Assembly: GCA_023898465.1 (NCBI GenBank)
Contig: CP060223.1
Coordinates: 1,018,587 to 1,082,586, forward strand
Length of the DNA: 64,000 nt
From: Candidatus Nomurabacteria bacterium
GTDB taxonomy: Bacteria > Patescibacteriota > Patescibacteriia > HK-STAS-PATE-3
Direction: 5' to 3'
The position numbers and the translations under genes are program-made. Of the stretch, positions 31,013 to 40,073 are shown in pieces. Below the pieces are notes generated by a model. It ran no database searches, was not told the origin of the DNA, and was given only the letters and a program-made list of their open reading frames with translations. Position 1 is the stretch's first letter, and each line of letters opens with the position of its first letter.

Positions 31013-31309
31013 CTACCGACTGGCAGCGACGCCCTTCCAGCGGCCGTTGAAGTGGGTTTTGATGCCCCGCTTCTCGAGCCAGGTGGCGTTTGCAGCCGTG
31101 TCGGTGGTGACCGACGTGGCGTCCGCCCGGAGATGAGTAGCAAGTCGATGCATATCCCCGACTACCTGACCGTCCGAGAAGACAGTCATCTCTTCGTCAC
31201 CTTCAGGTCCGACCATGTAGTTGAGTCGACGACCATCATGCAAGGAGAGAGTGAGCGGAACGCGCTTGGGCTTACGAGCCCGTGTCGGTTTCCCAGTCTT
31301 TGCCGTCAT
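31013..31309 (-). CDS. Hypothetical protein (98 aa), GC-rich
   Basis: ORF with a strong downstream terminator hairpin (ggcgcatccgga..tccagatgcgcc + T-run on minus strand, about 30965-31000). Confidence 0.35.
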   Translation of the reverse strand: MTAKTGKPTRARKPKRVPLTLSLHDGRRLNYMVGPEGDEEMTVFSDGQVVGDMHRLATHLRADATSVTTDTAANATWLEKRGIKTHFNGRWKGVAASR

Positions 31310-31801
31310 ACTTGAGCCCTTCTTTCGAAGTGTGAATCTTCCTATGTCCCATCCATGGGACGCGAACGAAACGTAGAGCAGGCTCTACTAAAGGAATTTC
31401 AGTGTCATTCGACCTCCACAGCTAGCTCCCAATTCCCCCAGTTTCCTCGGATGAACACTCCTTCGATTGAAGGATGAAAAAGGCGAGGTGAGTCTCTACA
31501 TGTTCACTCGGACACAGATAGCAGAGTGTGCTGACGGGTGAGGGCTCAAGCTAACCCAGTCAGTCACAATGCTACCGTGCCGTTTCCTTAGAACAGTCTA
31601 CAGAGAGACTCACCTCAGATCGGTAGTTTGAGATTGCGAAAGAGCAATCGAACTGTACGCACAAAAATAGCCCCTATTTGGGCTTTTGTCAAGACTATAG
31701 CGATAGTAAAAAATTTCCTGGAGCGGGTAGCTCCCGCAATTCAGCGGGATAAAGTCCATCGAACCCGCACTGTATGTAAGTATTTCTCCTTACGTCCTCT
31801 G

Positions 31802-31872
31802 AGCGGGTGAGGGGAATCGAACCCCTGGCATCAGCTTGGAAAGCTGAGGTATTACCACTATACGACACCCGC
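31802..31872 (-). tRNA. tRNA-Gly (anticodon TCC), CCA not encoded
   Basis: Reverse complement gcgggtg tc gtat agtggtaat acc tcagc ttTCCaa gctga ... ggggttcgattcccc t cacccgc. Confidence 0.85.
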
Positions 31873-31938
31873 TCAGAAGAAATAAGACTTAGTAGAGCCT
31901 TTAGAGCAGAATTACCCTAGCAGCTTTTTTCTACCGTT

Positions 31939-32289
31939 TCAAGTCTTAGGCGGCTGCCAAAGATATTTTTTTAGATCCACGGTATACACGCCATTTTTGA
32001 TCTCTACTTGCACACCCTCTTTTTCCAAGAGTCGTTTCTGTGTGACCTGGGTATGAGTTTCGCAAGTCGTACTTATTTCTCCTCGGCTATTAATTACTCG
32101 ATGCCAGGGCAGAGCTTGATTATCCAGTTGATGAAGTGCCCAGCCAACCACGCGGGCTGCTCGGGGTGTACTGATGAGTGCGGCAAGTTGCCCATAGGTA
32201 GAAACTCGCCCATAGGGGATTTGTTCCATTAGCACATAGACAGCTTGGAAGAAATTTTTATTTTGCACTTTCTTTTTTTGTCTCACCAT
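31939..32289 (-). CDS. atl: Alkyltransferase-like (ATL) protein: MGMT DNA-binding domain with Trp replacing the catalytic Cys
   Basis: PYGRVSTYGQLA...RAARVVGWALHQ...LPWHRVINSRGEIS: PWHRV in place of the Ogt PCHRV active site. Confidence 0.8.
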   Translation of the reverse strand: MVRQKKKVQNKNFFQAVYVLMEQIPYGRVSTYGQLAALISTPRAARVVGWALHQLDNQALPWHRVINSRGEISTTCETHTQVTQKRLLEKEGVQVEIKNGVYTVDLKKYLWQPPKT

Positions 32290-32408
32290 AGGCCTACTCT
32301 AGAGCGCTTCTCTCCTATCGTCAATTGCTTGGGACCAAAGCATTACTATGGTATAATAATGCTTGAAGTATTTTCTTATTTCTAGTTATTTTTTAGGGGA
32401 CACGGGGG

Positions 32409-34550
32409 ATGGATCAACACAATTTTTCTTCGGCAGGGAATACGTCGGGTACACCACAACCCCTGGATGACTTTTCTGTACCATCGCATGCGCCGGTAGC
32501 TCCAACGCAGCCTTCATATACCCCTCGAGTCGCTTTTACACCACCATCCACCCAAGTGCAGACTCCAACTGACAAGCAAATGCCAAACTTAAATGCACAA
32601 CAAATGCCGCCAGTGATTCCGCCAAGTACTCCTGAGCCGCTTCATCAATCTCCAGCATATACCGGGCAGGGTCGGACGCCTCGTCGCAGTTCGTCAGCCC
32701 CTAAAATTCTCCTGGGGGTTTTATTTGGATTACTCTTGGTCGGAGGTACGGCCTGGGCTTCAATGACTGGTTATCTCCCTTTTGAAATTCCCTTCCTACC
32801 AAATAACAGTTCAGCAAAGCTGCTAGGTGAGGCATTTAGCAAGTTGAACAATGCGACTGAAGGACAAACAAAAATAGAAATCAGCGCAAAAGTAGAAACA
32901 AAAGGAGTTGATGTTCCTACACCACCAGAAGCTTTACATTCTACAAATACTAATAGTGAAAGCACGGTTCGTACTCTTCTTGCAGATTTTTCTGACGGTT
33001 CAGCAATGAATATTTCCATTGATGGATTTACAGTTAAGTCAGACAAAAGCGATTTATTGAATTCCGAAGGTCATATTACTGCTAACCCGGTAATCAATGG
33101 TCAAAGCTGGCCTACGGTCGTTAATCTGAAACTTGTAGATGGGGTTTATTATATCAACATTGAGAAGCTACCAGAGATACCATTCTTTCCTAGCGATACA
33201 ACAGCAATCGTTGGTAAGTGGATTAAAATTGACTTGGCAGAAATTGCCGGCTTGGCTGCAGGAGAAGATTTGCCAGTTAATATCCAAAAAACTCCGTCGG
33301 CAGATCAAGAAGAGCAATTGATGCTCATTGTGCAGTCAGCTTATGAGGATGGCGTGTTCACTGTTGATGAGTCAGTCGAGAGTGAGAATATAAATGGAAT
33401 CTCCACAAAGCGATTCAGCGTGCATTTTCAGGCAGCGGCTATTCCGGCTTGGTATAACAATATTACTCAGGATTTGATTGAGCGTTATCCCAGTACGGCA
33501 CTCTTACCTTATGATGCGAGTTTCTACAAAGAATTAATAGATGCAGATAACCAAGCTGCGATGCAGTACCTCTTTGACCTTTCAGAAGTAAATTTTTGGG
33601 TCCAGCCAACAAGTAAAGAAATAGTACAGTACAGTCTTGCTACTCGAATTCCTTTTTCTTCGCAGCTTGACGGCCAGTATGATAAACAACTTACTCTTTC
33701 ATTTACTCAAACCTTGACTGATCTCGATCCCGGTCAAAGCGTGACTGCGCCAACCGAAACGATGAGCGCCGAAGAAGCGCAGTTGGCACTCCTAGGAAGT
33801 GTTGAGAATGGCTTCAGTACAGACCCTGTTTCTGCCGAGATACAAAATCAATTTGTGAAGCTAGTAAACGTCTGGGGAGCGCTTGATGAATATTACGCTC
33901 AGAACGAGACCTACCCACTTGTCTTAAGTGATTTACTCACTGACTACCTTACCGAGGAAGATATACTCGATGTATTTACTGCTGCAGAATTTCCTTATAG
34001 CAGTGACGGGACTACCTATTCTTTAACATATCAAATGCTGAATGTATCAGTTTCTGTGAGGGATTATGTGGAGGGCGAAAACACTATGACACCAGACCTG
34101 CTTTCAGTTGAGGCGCAGACAGTGCAAACGAGCGCAAACGCGAATACAAATACCAGCACAGCAAACACGAATAACAATGTTCTGGATGATGACGTGGTAG
34201 TAAATCTAGATTCAGATAAGGATGGCTTGCCGGATTCACGAGAAAAGATTTATAAGACCGATCCCTATGATGCTGATACGGACGATGATGGGTATTTAGA
34301 TGGCGCAGAAGTTTCTAGCGGTTACGATCCACTTGGTCCAGGCTTGCTGGAAGACTCGATTATTTACAATTACAATACCAATACTTCTTCAAGTAATGGT
34401 CTAGCAGATTCCGATAGCGATGGACTAACTGATGATGAAGAAGCGCAATACGGCACTGATCCGAATAACCCTGACACTGATGGTGACGGATATGCTGACG
34501 GCGAGGAAGTGCAGAACGGCTACAATCCCAACGGGTCCGGGACACTTTAA
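32409..34550 (+). CDS. Large membrane-anchored surface protein with Pro-rich N-terminus and C-terminal thrombospondin-type-3-like Asp-rich Ca-binding repeats
   Basis: TM ILLGVLFGLLLVGG; repeats DSDKDGLPD...DADTDDDGYLDG...DSDSDGLTDDEE...DTDGDGYADGEE. Confidence 0.6.
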   Translation: MDQHNFSSAGNTSGTPQPLDDFSVPSHAPVAPTQPSYTPRVAFTPPSTQVQTPTDKQMPNLNAQQMPPVIPPSTPEPLHQSPAYTGQGRTPRRSSSAPKILLGVLFGLLLVGGTAWASMTGYLPFEIPFLPNNSSAKLLGEAFSKLNNATEGQTKIEISAKVETKGVDVPTPPEALHSTNTNSESTVRTLLADFSDGSAMNISIDGFTVKSDKSDLLNSEGHITANPVINGQSWPTVVNLKLVDGVYYINIEKLPEIPFFPSDTTAIVGKWIKIDLAEIAGLAAGEDLPVNIQKTPSADQEEQLMLIVQSAYEDGVFTVDESVESENINGISTKRFSVHFQAAAIPAWYNNITQDLIERYPSTALLPYDASFYKELIDADNQAAMQYLFDLSEVNFWVQPTSKEIVQYSLATRIPFSSQLDGQYDKQLTLSFTQTLTDLDPGQSVTAPTETMSAEEAQLALLGSVENGFSTDPVSAEIQNQFVKLVNVWGALDEYYAQNETYPLVLSDLLTDYLTEEDILDVFTAAEFPYSSDGTTYSLTYQMLNVSVSVRDYVEGENTMTPDLLSVEAQTVQTSANANTNTSTANTNNNVLDDDVVVNLDSDKDGLPDSREKIYKTDPYDADTDDDGYLDGAEVSSGYDPLGPGLLEDSIIYNYNTNTSSSNGLADSDSDGLTDDEEAQYGTDPNNPDTDGDGYADGEEVQNGYNPNGSGTL

Positions 34551-34553
34551 TCT

Positions 34554-34982
34554 TTAGCGAACTCCCAGCTCTTTACGCATCAGCGCTTCGATTTTGCTAA
34601 TGGTTTGACTCAGTTGCTCATCAAGCTGCGCGGCCTCTTCTTCACTAGTCTCATCCTTATTCATCCGTTCCTCAACTTCATCGACTTCATCCATATACGC
34701 ATGGATTGCTTCTTGGAGTTGTCGACCACCGAGGAGGAGAGACTCGCTGAAAAAAGAGTTCATTCGCATGCGTCGTTCGAGCCGGCCTAAGCCTCGCATA
34801 TCGTCCTCACTAAAGAAGTTGTTAATTCGGCCGATCACGTCTTTGTAGGCCCTGCGTCTAGCTTCAAAAAGCATCACCTGACTGTTTCGTGATTTATCAA
34901 GGAAGTGTTTGATAAGAATACCCAGGAAGGCGCCTAGGCCGAGGGTAGAGGCGAGTTGGGCGATGTCAGTGAGGAGTTCCAT
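34554..34982 (-). CDS. Hypothetical membrane-anchored protein
   Basis: N-terminal TM (LGLGAFLGILI) and charged helical remainder. Confidence 0.45.
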   Translation of the reverse strand: MELLTDIAQLASTLGLGAFLGILIKHFLDKSRNSQVMLFEARRRAYKDVIGRINNFFSEDDMRGLGRLERRMRMNSFFSESLLLGGRQLQEAIHAYMDEVDEVEERMNKDETSEEEAAQLDEQLSQTISKIEALMRKELGVR

Positions 34983-35112
34983 AGGCGCAGTATAGCACCA
35001 TATTTCGCTTTTCCAAGAGGCTTGATTTTCGGATAAGTCTTTGCTACACTCATTGACGCTAACCTCGTCTTGGCGTTGTTTTAAAGAAGGTATTGTTAGG
35101 CAAAGCGCTCAG

Positions 35113-35187
<75 letters not shown>

Positions 35188-35202
35188 GAAGTAAATTTAC
35201 AT

Positions 35203-35279
35203 GCGGGTGTAGTTCAGTTGGCTAGAACGTCTCCTTGCCAAGGAGAAGGTCGGCGGTTCGAATCCGCTCACCCGCTCCA
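35203..35279 (+). tRNA. tRNA-Gly (anticodon GCC), CCA encoded
   Basis: Acceptor gcgggtg/cacccgc; anticodon stem tctcc/ggaga with loop ttGCCaa; T-loop ggttcgaat. Confidence 0.85.
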
Positions 35280-35527
35280 CGGGCCATCACTTACTGCGGG
35301 CTCCGTGAAGACAAATACATTGTCCTCACTGCGCCCTTCGCAAGGATGTCCCTTTACGCCTCAGACTTAACCCTGCGGGCCCAAGTCTTCGGCGTTTGAG
35401 CAGAGAAAGAGCTTAATTTCATATCCTGTTGGCGGACCACTTCGACCCCTTGTGCATTGAAGAAACCTTTTTGTTTTTTTGATGTGCGTTTGTTATAGTA
35501 AAAAAGTCTCAATTAATATCAATGTAA

Positions 35528-36559
35528 ATGCATAATCAACGTGGTTTCTCGCTCATCCCTGCGCTCTTTGTACTGATTGCAGTTGGTTTAGGTATTAGCG
35601 TGGGATATGCCCTGTGGGCTAATTATCAAAATAGCAAAACAACCAATAGTGTGAAAGTAAATAACGTAGCCTGTACCGAGGAGGTCAAACTCTGCCCCGA
35701 CGGCTCCTACGTTGGTCGCACTGGGCCGGATTGTGAATTTGCGGAGTGTTCAGCAGCGAACACAAACATTAACAGTAGTGATGATTCCTCAGAAGATGAG
35801 TATCTTCAAATTACTGAATGGGGTGTTGAACTACCTATTACTGAAGGAGTTGAGTATACTTATGTAGCAGATTCAGGCCGCGCTTCTTTTTCAACAATTG
35901 GACTTGAGGACCATGATTACTGCGGGTCAAGTGATGATGGTATTGGAATAATTTCTCGATACACCTCGCCTATTCCCGAAGGCCCTCTTAGGTTTCAGGA
36001 CCCGATCCAAATTAATGATTGGTATTATTACTATACCAGGCCGCAATCAGCTTGTTCGCCTAATGCCACAATAGTTGAAATGCAAACCTTGGCCAGCACA
36101 GCACTTGAAGAGAGTTTTGCAGGATTACGTGAGAGTGTAGATGAATGGCAGACATATACGAATGCGGAGCTTGGAATAGAATTTGAAATTAGGGCTACCG
36201 ATAATACTTATTATTATAGTCAATCCGATGCCCACTATATTGATCTTTATCCTACTGGCGAGGATGATCACTACGCTTATGTTAGAATTGGTTCAATCGC
36301 AGACCAGGACGCAATAGTTAATGATGAAGTTGTATCAATTAACGGCCACGAACCGGTTTCTGAAGGTGTGCTAAGTGGACAACCAGCGAATATCTTTTTA
36401 TTTAGGCCAGCATGCGATGATGGTCCAGGCTGTGGGCCGTACAATATGGGATACGCATTAGTTCATAACGATACTATGTTTAGCCTTTGGTTTGTTGGTG
36501 ATGACCAGTTAAATGACGTAGAGAGGCACATCCTTTCTACATTTGAATTTACTGAATAA
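35528..36559 (+). CDS. Secreted/pilin-like hypothetical protein with a conserved Cys module (paralog 1)
   Basis: Prepilin-like N-terminus MHNQRGFSLIPALFVLIAVGLG; module NNVACTEEVKLCPDGSYVGRTGPDCEFAECS shared with the next gene. Confidence 0.55.
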   Translation: MHNQRGFSLIPALFVLIAVGLGISVGYALWANYQNSKTTNSVKVNNVACTEEVKLCPDGSYVGRTGPDCEFAECSAANTNINSSDDSSEDEYLQITEWGVELPITEGVEYTYVADSGRASFSTIGLEDHDYCGSSDDGIGIISRYTSPIPEGPLRFQDPIQINDWYYYYTRPQSACSPNATIVEMQTLASTALEESFAGLRESVDEWQTYTNAELGIEFEIRATDNTYYYSQSDAHYIDLYPTGEDDHYAYVRIGSIADQDAIVNDEVVSINGHEPVSEGVLSGQPANIFLFRPACDDGPGCGPYNMGYALVHNDTMFSLWFVGDDQLNDVERHILSTFEFTE

Positions 36560-36570
36560 ATAGCACAAAT

Positions 36571-38625
36571 ATGATAAATAAAGGCATCACTTGGCTTCCC
36601 ATCCTCTTCATCTTCGCCGCACTTGGTGTTGGTTCATTTATCGTGTACATTGGCTGGCAAGTTGCAACGCAGACGCAGGAAGTAGCTAATGTAAATAATG
36701 ACGTGGCCTGCACTTTAGAGGCCAAACTCTGCCCCGATGGTTCCTACGTAGGTCGCACCGGACTGAATTGTGAGTTTGCGGAGTGTTCTGAGGAGGTAAC
36801 TTGCGGTACTATCGCCGGTCTAGAGTGTCCAAGCGGATATAAATGTGAATATGATAATCCAGAAATTGCTGACGCTGCCGGGACGTGTGTTTTAGATACA
36901 GAAACCAGCACTGAAGAAGATTATTCCAATTGGTCTCGATCAATGAATTGGCGGGAATATAGCTATCGTTATACTACAAAAGAATTTATACATACTACAC
37001 AGGATGCTGGAGAAGAGATAATTACAACTCCATTTAATGCGTCTGAATACACCGGGACAGTTACCTGGAATGGTGCGCTTTTCTGGAGAACAGGTCCGAG
37101 TGCAACAACCTATATTCCTGATATCTCAAGCGACTTTGAATATGAGGCAGGCGTAGATCCAGATTTTTGGTTTTATGACTATGCGTCTGAACAGTTTATC
37201 CATCTTCCAAAAGTTGACTACCTAGATGGTACGGAACTATTTGAAAGTACGGTACAAGTTTTTCCATCTCTCAATGAACCTAAACTACTTCTTGAAGTAG
37301 GAAAATTTGATATACAAAGTGAAGAGTTTATTCCCGGTTTCAGCAGTCCCATGCCGGTATCAACACGGGGCTTGGTGTATAACTTTGCTAAGAATACTTT
37401 TGAAGACGCAGTCGATCCAATTGATAGCTTTAATCAAGTAATGAAGAGCAAGGGAACGGCATATACCAGCATTGTATGGAATAGTGAGAAAGAAATTATT
37501 ATTGCAGCTCCAGGCGGCGAGGGTTGTGGTAACTACAGTTACGTGAATCTTATTGATTATCAATCACTGAGTAAGGAAGTGGTAGGTGGAGAAGCTAGTT
37601 ATAACTATAGTGAAACTCCATGTAATCCAAAGAGTGGAATGAGTCCAGATGGAAAGTGGTTTGTGCTCTATGGAAGCACCACGGATGATACTTTTGTAGT
37701 ACGACTCTATGCAAGCGATGGAACGACTTCACCAGTAGCCACATTAATAGGTGACGTGTTGCCGCAATACAGCTCTTTGTCCGAGTGGGATGTGAGTAGA
37801 GAATATCCAGTACTTACTTTTAATGAGGGAAGTACAGCGAATTTTATTACCGCTGAATTTAAAGCAGTAATTCAAGAGGACAATGAAGGAGAAGTTCAAA
37901 AAAATTCCTATACTGATCAAATATTTGGTTTTACATTTAAATATCCAATTCGTTATCACGTAAATAGGGCGGCAAATAATAATGAAGATTTGGTTCTTCA
38001 AGTTTTCGAAAGCAGCGATGCTGATAATTCAGTATTTTCGCTGTATCATTCCGATGATACTGAAAAATATGAAGGAGAATATCGCTCCGATGGATTTGAA
38101 AACTTCGTATTAGTAAGCAATGATGCCCAAATAGGAGACGAAATAATCGAGTCATTTAATTTCGTCGACACATGGCGTACTTACCAAAATGAAACGTATA
38201 GCTATACTATTCGCTATCCCCAAACATATAGCATCGGAGGACCACCAGCTGATATGCCTCATGACGATTGGAAATCGATTAGGAGGAATGATATATCAGA
38301 ACAATATAATGTCGAGGTCAGAATTTTTGATCGTGATGAGTTTGTTGATGATAATATTTTTAATTGGGTAGTAAATGGTTTTCCTGGCGATGTCCCGGCG
38401 GAAGGCTATAACCCAGAAGGATATTTAAACAAGCGAACAGTTGATATTGATGGTAAAAAATTTACAGTATTTGATTATAGTTATGATGGCGTTGAGTTTT
38501 TTCAATACTTCTTTTATTGGGAAGAGCAAAAAAGAGTTATTCAGTTGTTTGATTCTCATCCGGTTGGAAGTGTTAGTAAAATAAATCAAGCGATTATCCA
38601 GTCACTCGACTTTACGGGTTTTTAG
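36571..38625 (+). CDS. Secreted hypothetical protein with the same Cys module (paralog 2), 684 aa
   Basis: N-terminal TM; NNDVACTLEAKLCPDGSYVGRTGLNCEFAECS; long Tyr/Asn-rich extracellular region. Confidence 0.55.
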   Translation: MINKGITWLPILFIFAALGVGSFIVYIGWQVATQTQEVANVNNDVACTLEAKLCPDGSYVGRTGLNCEFAECSEEVTCGTIAGLECPSGYKCEYDNPEIADAAGTCVLDTETSTEEDYSNWSRSMNWREYSYRYTTKEFIHTTQDAGEEIITTPFNASEYTGTVTWNGALFWRTGPSATTYIPDISSDFEYEAGVDPDFWFYDYASEQFIHLPKVDYLDGTELFESTVQVFPSLNEPKLLLEVGKFDIQSEEFIPGFSSPMPVSTRGLVYNFAKNTFEDAVDPIDSFNQVMKSKGTAYTSIVWNSEKEIIIAAPGGEGCGNYSYVNLIDYQSLSKEVVGGEASYNYSETPCNPKSGMSPDGKWFVLYGSTTDDTFVVRLYASDGTTSPVATLIGDVLPQYSSLSEWDVSREYPVLTFNEGSTANFITAEFKAVIQEDNEGEVQKNSYTDQIFGFTFKYPIRYHVNRAANNNEDLVLQVFESSDADNSVFSLYHSDDTEKYEGEYRSDGFENFVLVSNDAQIGDEIIESFNFVDTWRTYQNETYSYTIRYPQTYSIGGPPADMPHDDWKSIRRNDISEQYNVEVRIFDRDEFVDDNIFNWVVNGFPGDVPAEGYNPEGYLNKRTVDIDGKKFTVFDYSYDGVEFFQYFFYWEEQKRVIQLFDSHPVGSVSKINQAIIQSLDFTGF

Positions 38626-38630
38626 AGTAA

Positions 38631-39323
38631 CTATATAAGTACGTTTGAATTGAGGTCTTTCGGTATCCCCGCGCTCAAGTCCCGCGCACCAGTCGCAGTA
38701 ATTTCATACATATCCTCGATACGGATGCCGATCTTGTCTTTGATATAAATGCCAGGCTCGATAGTCACCACGTCCCCAACGGCCAGTAAGCGATTTCCGC
38801 GACGCGAAGGAGTGAGATACGGCGGCTCGTGAATTGCTCGGCCGACGCCATGGCCCGTGGAGTGAATAAAGAATTTGCCAAAACCGGCTTTGGCAATCAC
38901 TCCACGACATATATCATCAATATCCCGGGCAGGTATACCTGGACGAAGTTTTTGGGCGGCACGCTCCTGTGCGCGAAGGACTAAGGTGTAGAGTGCTTTC
39001 TGTTCTGCGCTTGGCTTGCCCAGGAAGACAGTGCGGGTGATATCAGTTTTCCAGCTTTCGTAGGTAACGCCAAAATCTATTTTAATACTATCACCAGCTT
39101 GGAGCACGCGACCATTTGGAACATGATGAGGCTCCGCTGCCTGTTCACTGGCTGCGACAATAAATGGAAAAGCACGCCGGTCAAGTCCTTCGCTCAGAAG
39201 CAGACGGCGTAATAATCGGCTCACTTGGCGCTCGCTTAATCCAAGCTTTACTTGTTGTAAAAACAAGGGCCAAACTTTTGCAGTCTTTTTTATCGCAGTT
39301 TCTTGAGCAAGTATTTTAATCAT
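38631..39323 (-). CDS. M24-family metallopeptidase (methionine aminopeptidase / Xaa-Pro peptidase-like catalytic domain)
   Basis: HSTGHGVGRAIHEPP, IEPGIY, metal ligand pattern of the pita-bread fold. Confidence 0.8.
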   Translation of the reverse strand: MIKILAQETAIKKTAKVWPLFLQQVKLGLSERQVSRLLRRLLLSEGLDRRAFPFIVAASEQAAEPHHVPNGRVLQAGDSIKIDFGVTYESWKTDITRTVFLGKPSAEQKALYTLVLRAQERAAQKLRPGIPARDIDDICRGVIAKAGFGKFFIHSTGHGVGRAIHEPPYLTPSRRGNRLLAVGDVVTIEPGIYIKDKIGIRIEDMYEITATGARDLSAGIPKDLNSNVLI

Positions 39324-39715
39324 TTTAGCTTAAGTTGATGGCGGGCAGTGCGGAGGTCCTTCGCGATTTGCTTTTGCAGTGCCTCAACCGTGGTATAGGG
39401 AATAAGGGCTCGAATCCAATCAACCAGGTGTACTTCCACGCGAGTGCCAGCGCGTACTTTCACCGTACCAAGGATGTGGACCTCCACCTTGCCGTGTTTC
39501 CGCTTCTTTCGTTGATAGGGCACACCGATGATCAGGGTGGCAGGGTAGCGCTTACCGTGGAGGCTAGCCCAACAGGACCAGAGGCCCCTTTTAGGCAAGG
39601 TGCCTTGTAGTGTGCGTCGGTCAAGATTAAGAGTGGGGTAGCCAGTTGTTGTCGTAGCAATACCTTCACCTCGCATAGTGCGGCCAGAGAAGTGCTGAGC
39701 GTTATGTTTCAACAT
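39320..39715 (-). CDS. Riboflavin kinase (monofunctional RFK domain)
   Basis: GYPTLNLD ... LPKRGLW ... GKRYPATLIIGVPY ... VEVHLVDW (flavokinase domain pattern). Confidence 0.7.
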   Translation of the reverse strand: MLKHNAQHFSGRTMRGEGIATTTTGYPTLNLDRRTLQGTLPKRGLWSCWASLHGKRYPATLIIGVPYQRKKRKHGKVEVHILGTVKVRAGTRVEVHLVDWIRALIPYTTVEALQKQIAKDLRTARHQLKLK

Positions 39716-40070
39716 CGAGGCTTAAGTGAGGATAATGTTGAAGTGCGTTATTGATGGGATTAACCGCAACTAAATCACATTGATAAAGCATTTTTTGATA
39801 TTGAGGGTGCGTATTGCGATAGTCTTCGATCGCTGCTGCTAAGCGTTGTTGCTTAGATTGGCTCATGGATTGTAGCACGTCACCAAATGCGCTTGTTTTC
39901 CGAGCTCGTACTTCAATAAAAATAAGCGTATCGTTCTTTCGTGCAATAATATCAATTTCCCCAAAGCGACAGGTGTAGTGCTGGTCGAGGATTTCGTAGT
40001 GCTGTTGTTGCAGCCATTGTGCCACAAAATCCTCCGCAAGTTTTCCACGCTGTTGGGTTGGGGATGGCAT
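39702..40070 (-). CDS. yraN: UPF0102 protein YraN (predicted endonuclease)
   Basis: GKLAEDFVAQWL...YEIL..H...FGEIDIIA...L.FIEVRAR. Confidence 0.8.
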   Translation of the reverse strand: MPSPTQQRGKLAEDFVAQWLQQQHYEILDQHYTCRFGEIDIIARKNDTLIFIEVRARKTSAFGDVLQSMSQSKQQRLAAAIEDYRNTHPQYQKMLYQCDLVAVNPINNALQHYPHLSLDVET

Positions 40071-40073
40071 GTG

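Noticed and set aside
35528-38625. Possible diversity-generating retroelement (TR/VR pair) between the two paralogous Cys-module genes
   Set aside because: The roughly 100-nt similar segments differ at many non-adenine positions (C->T, G->A and an indel), and no reverse transcriptase or accessory variability determinant gene is present. Ordinary paralog divergence.
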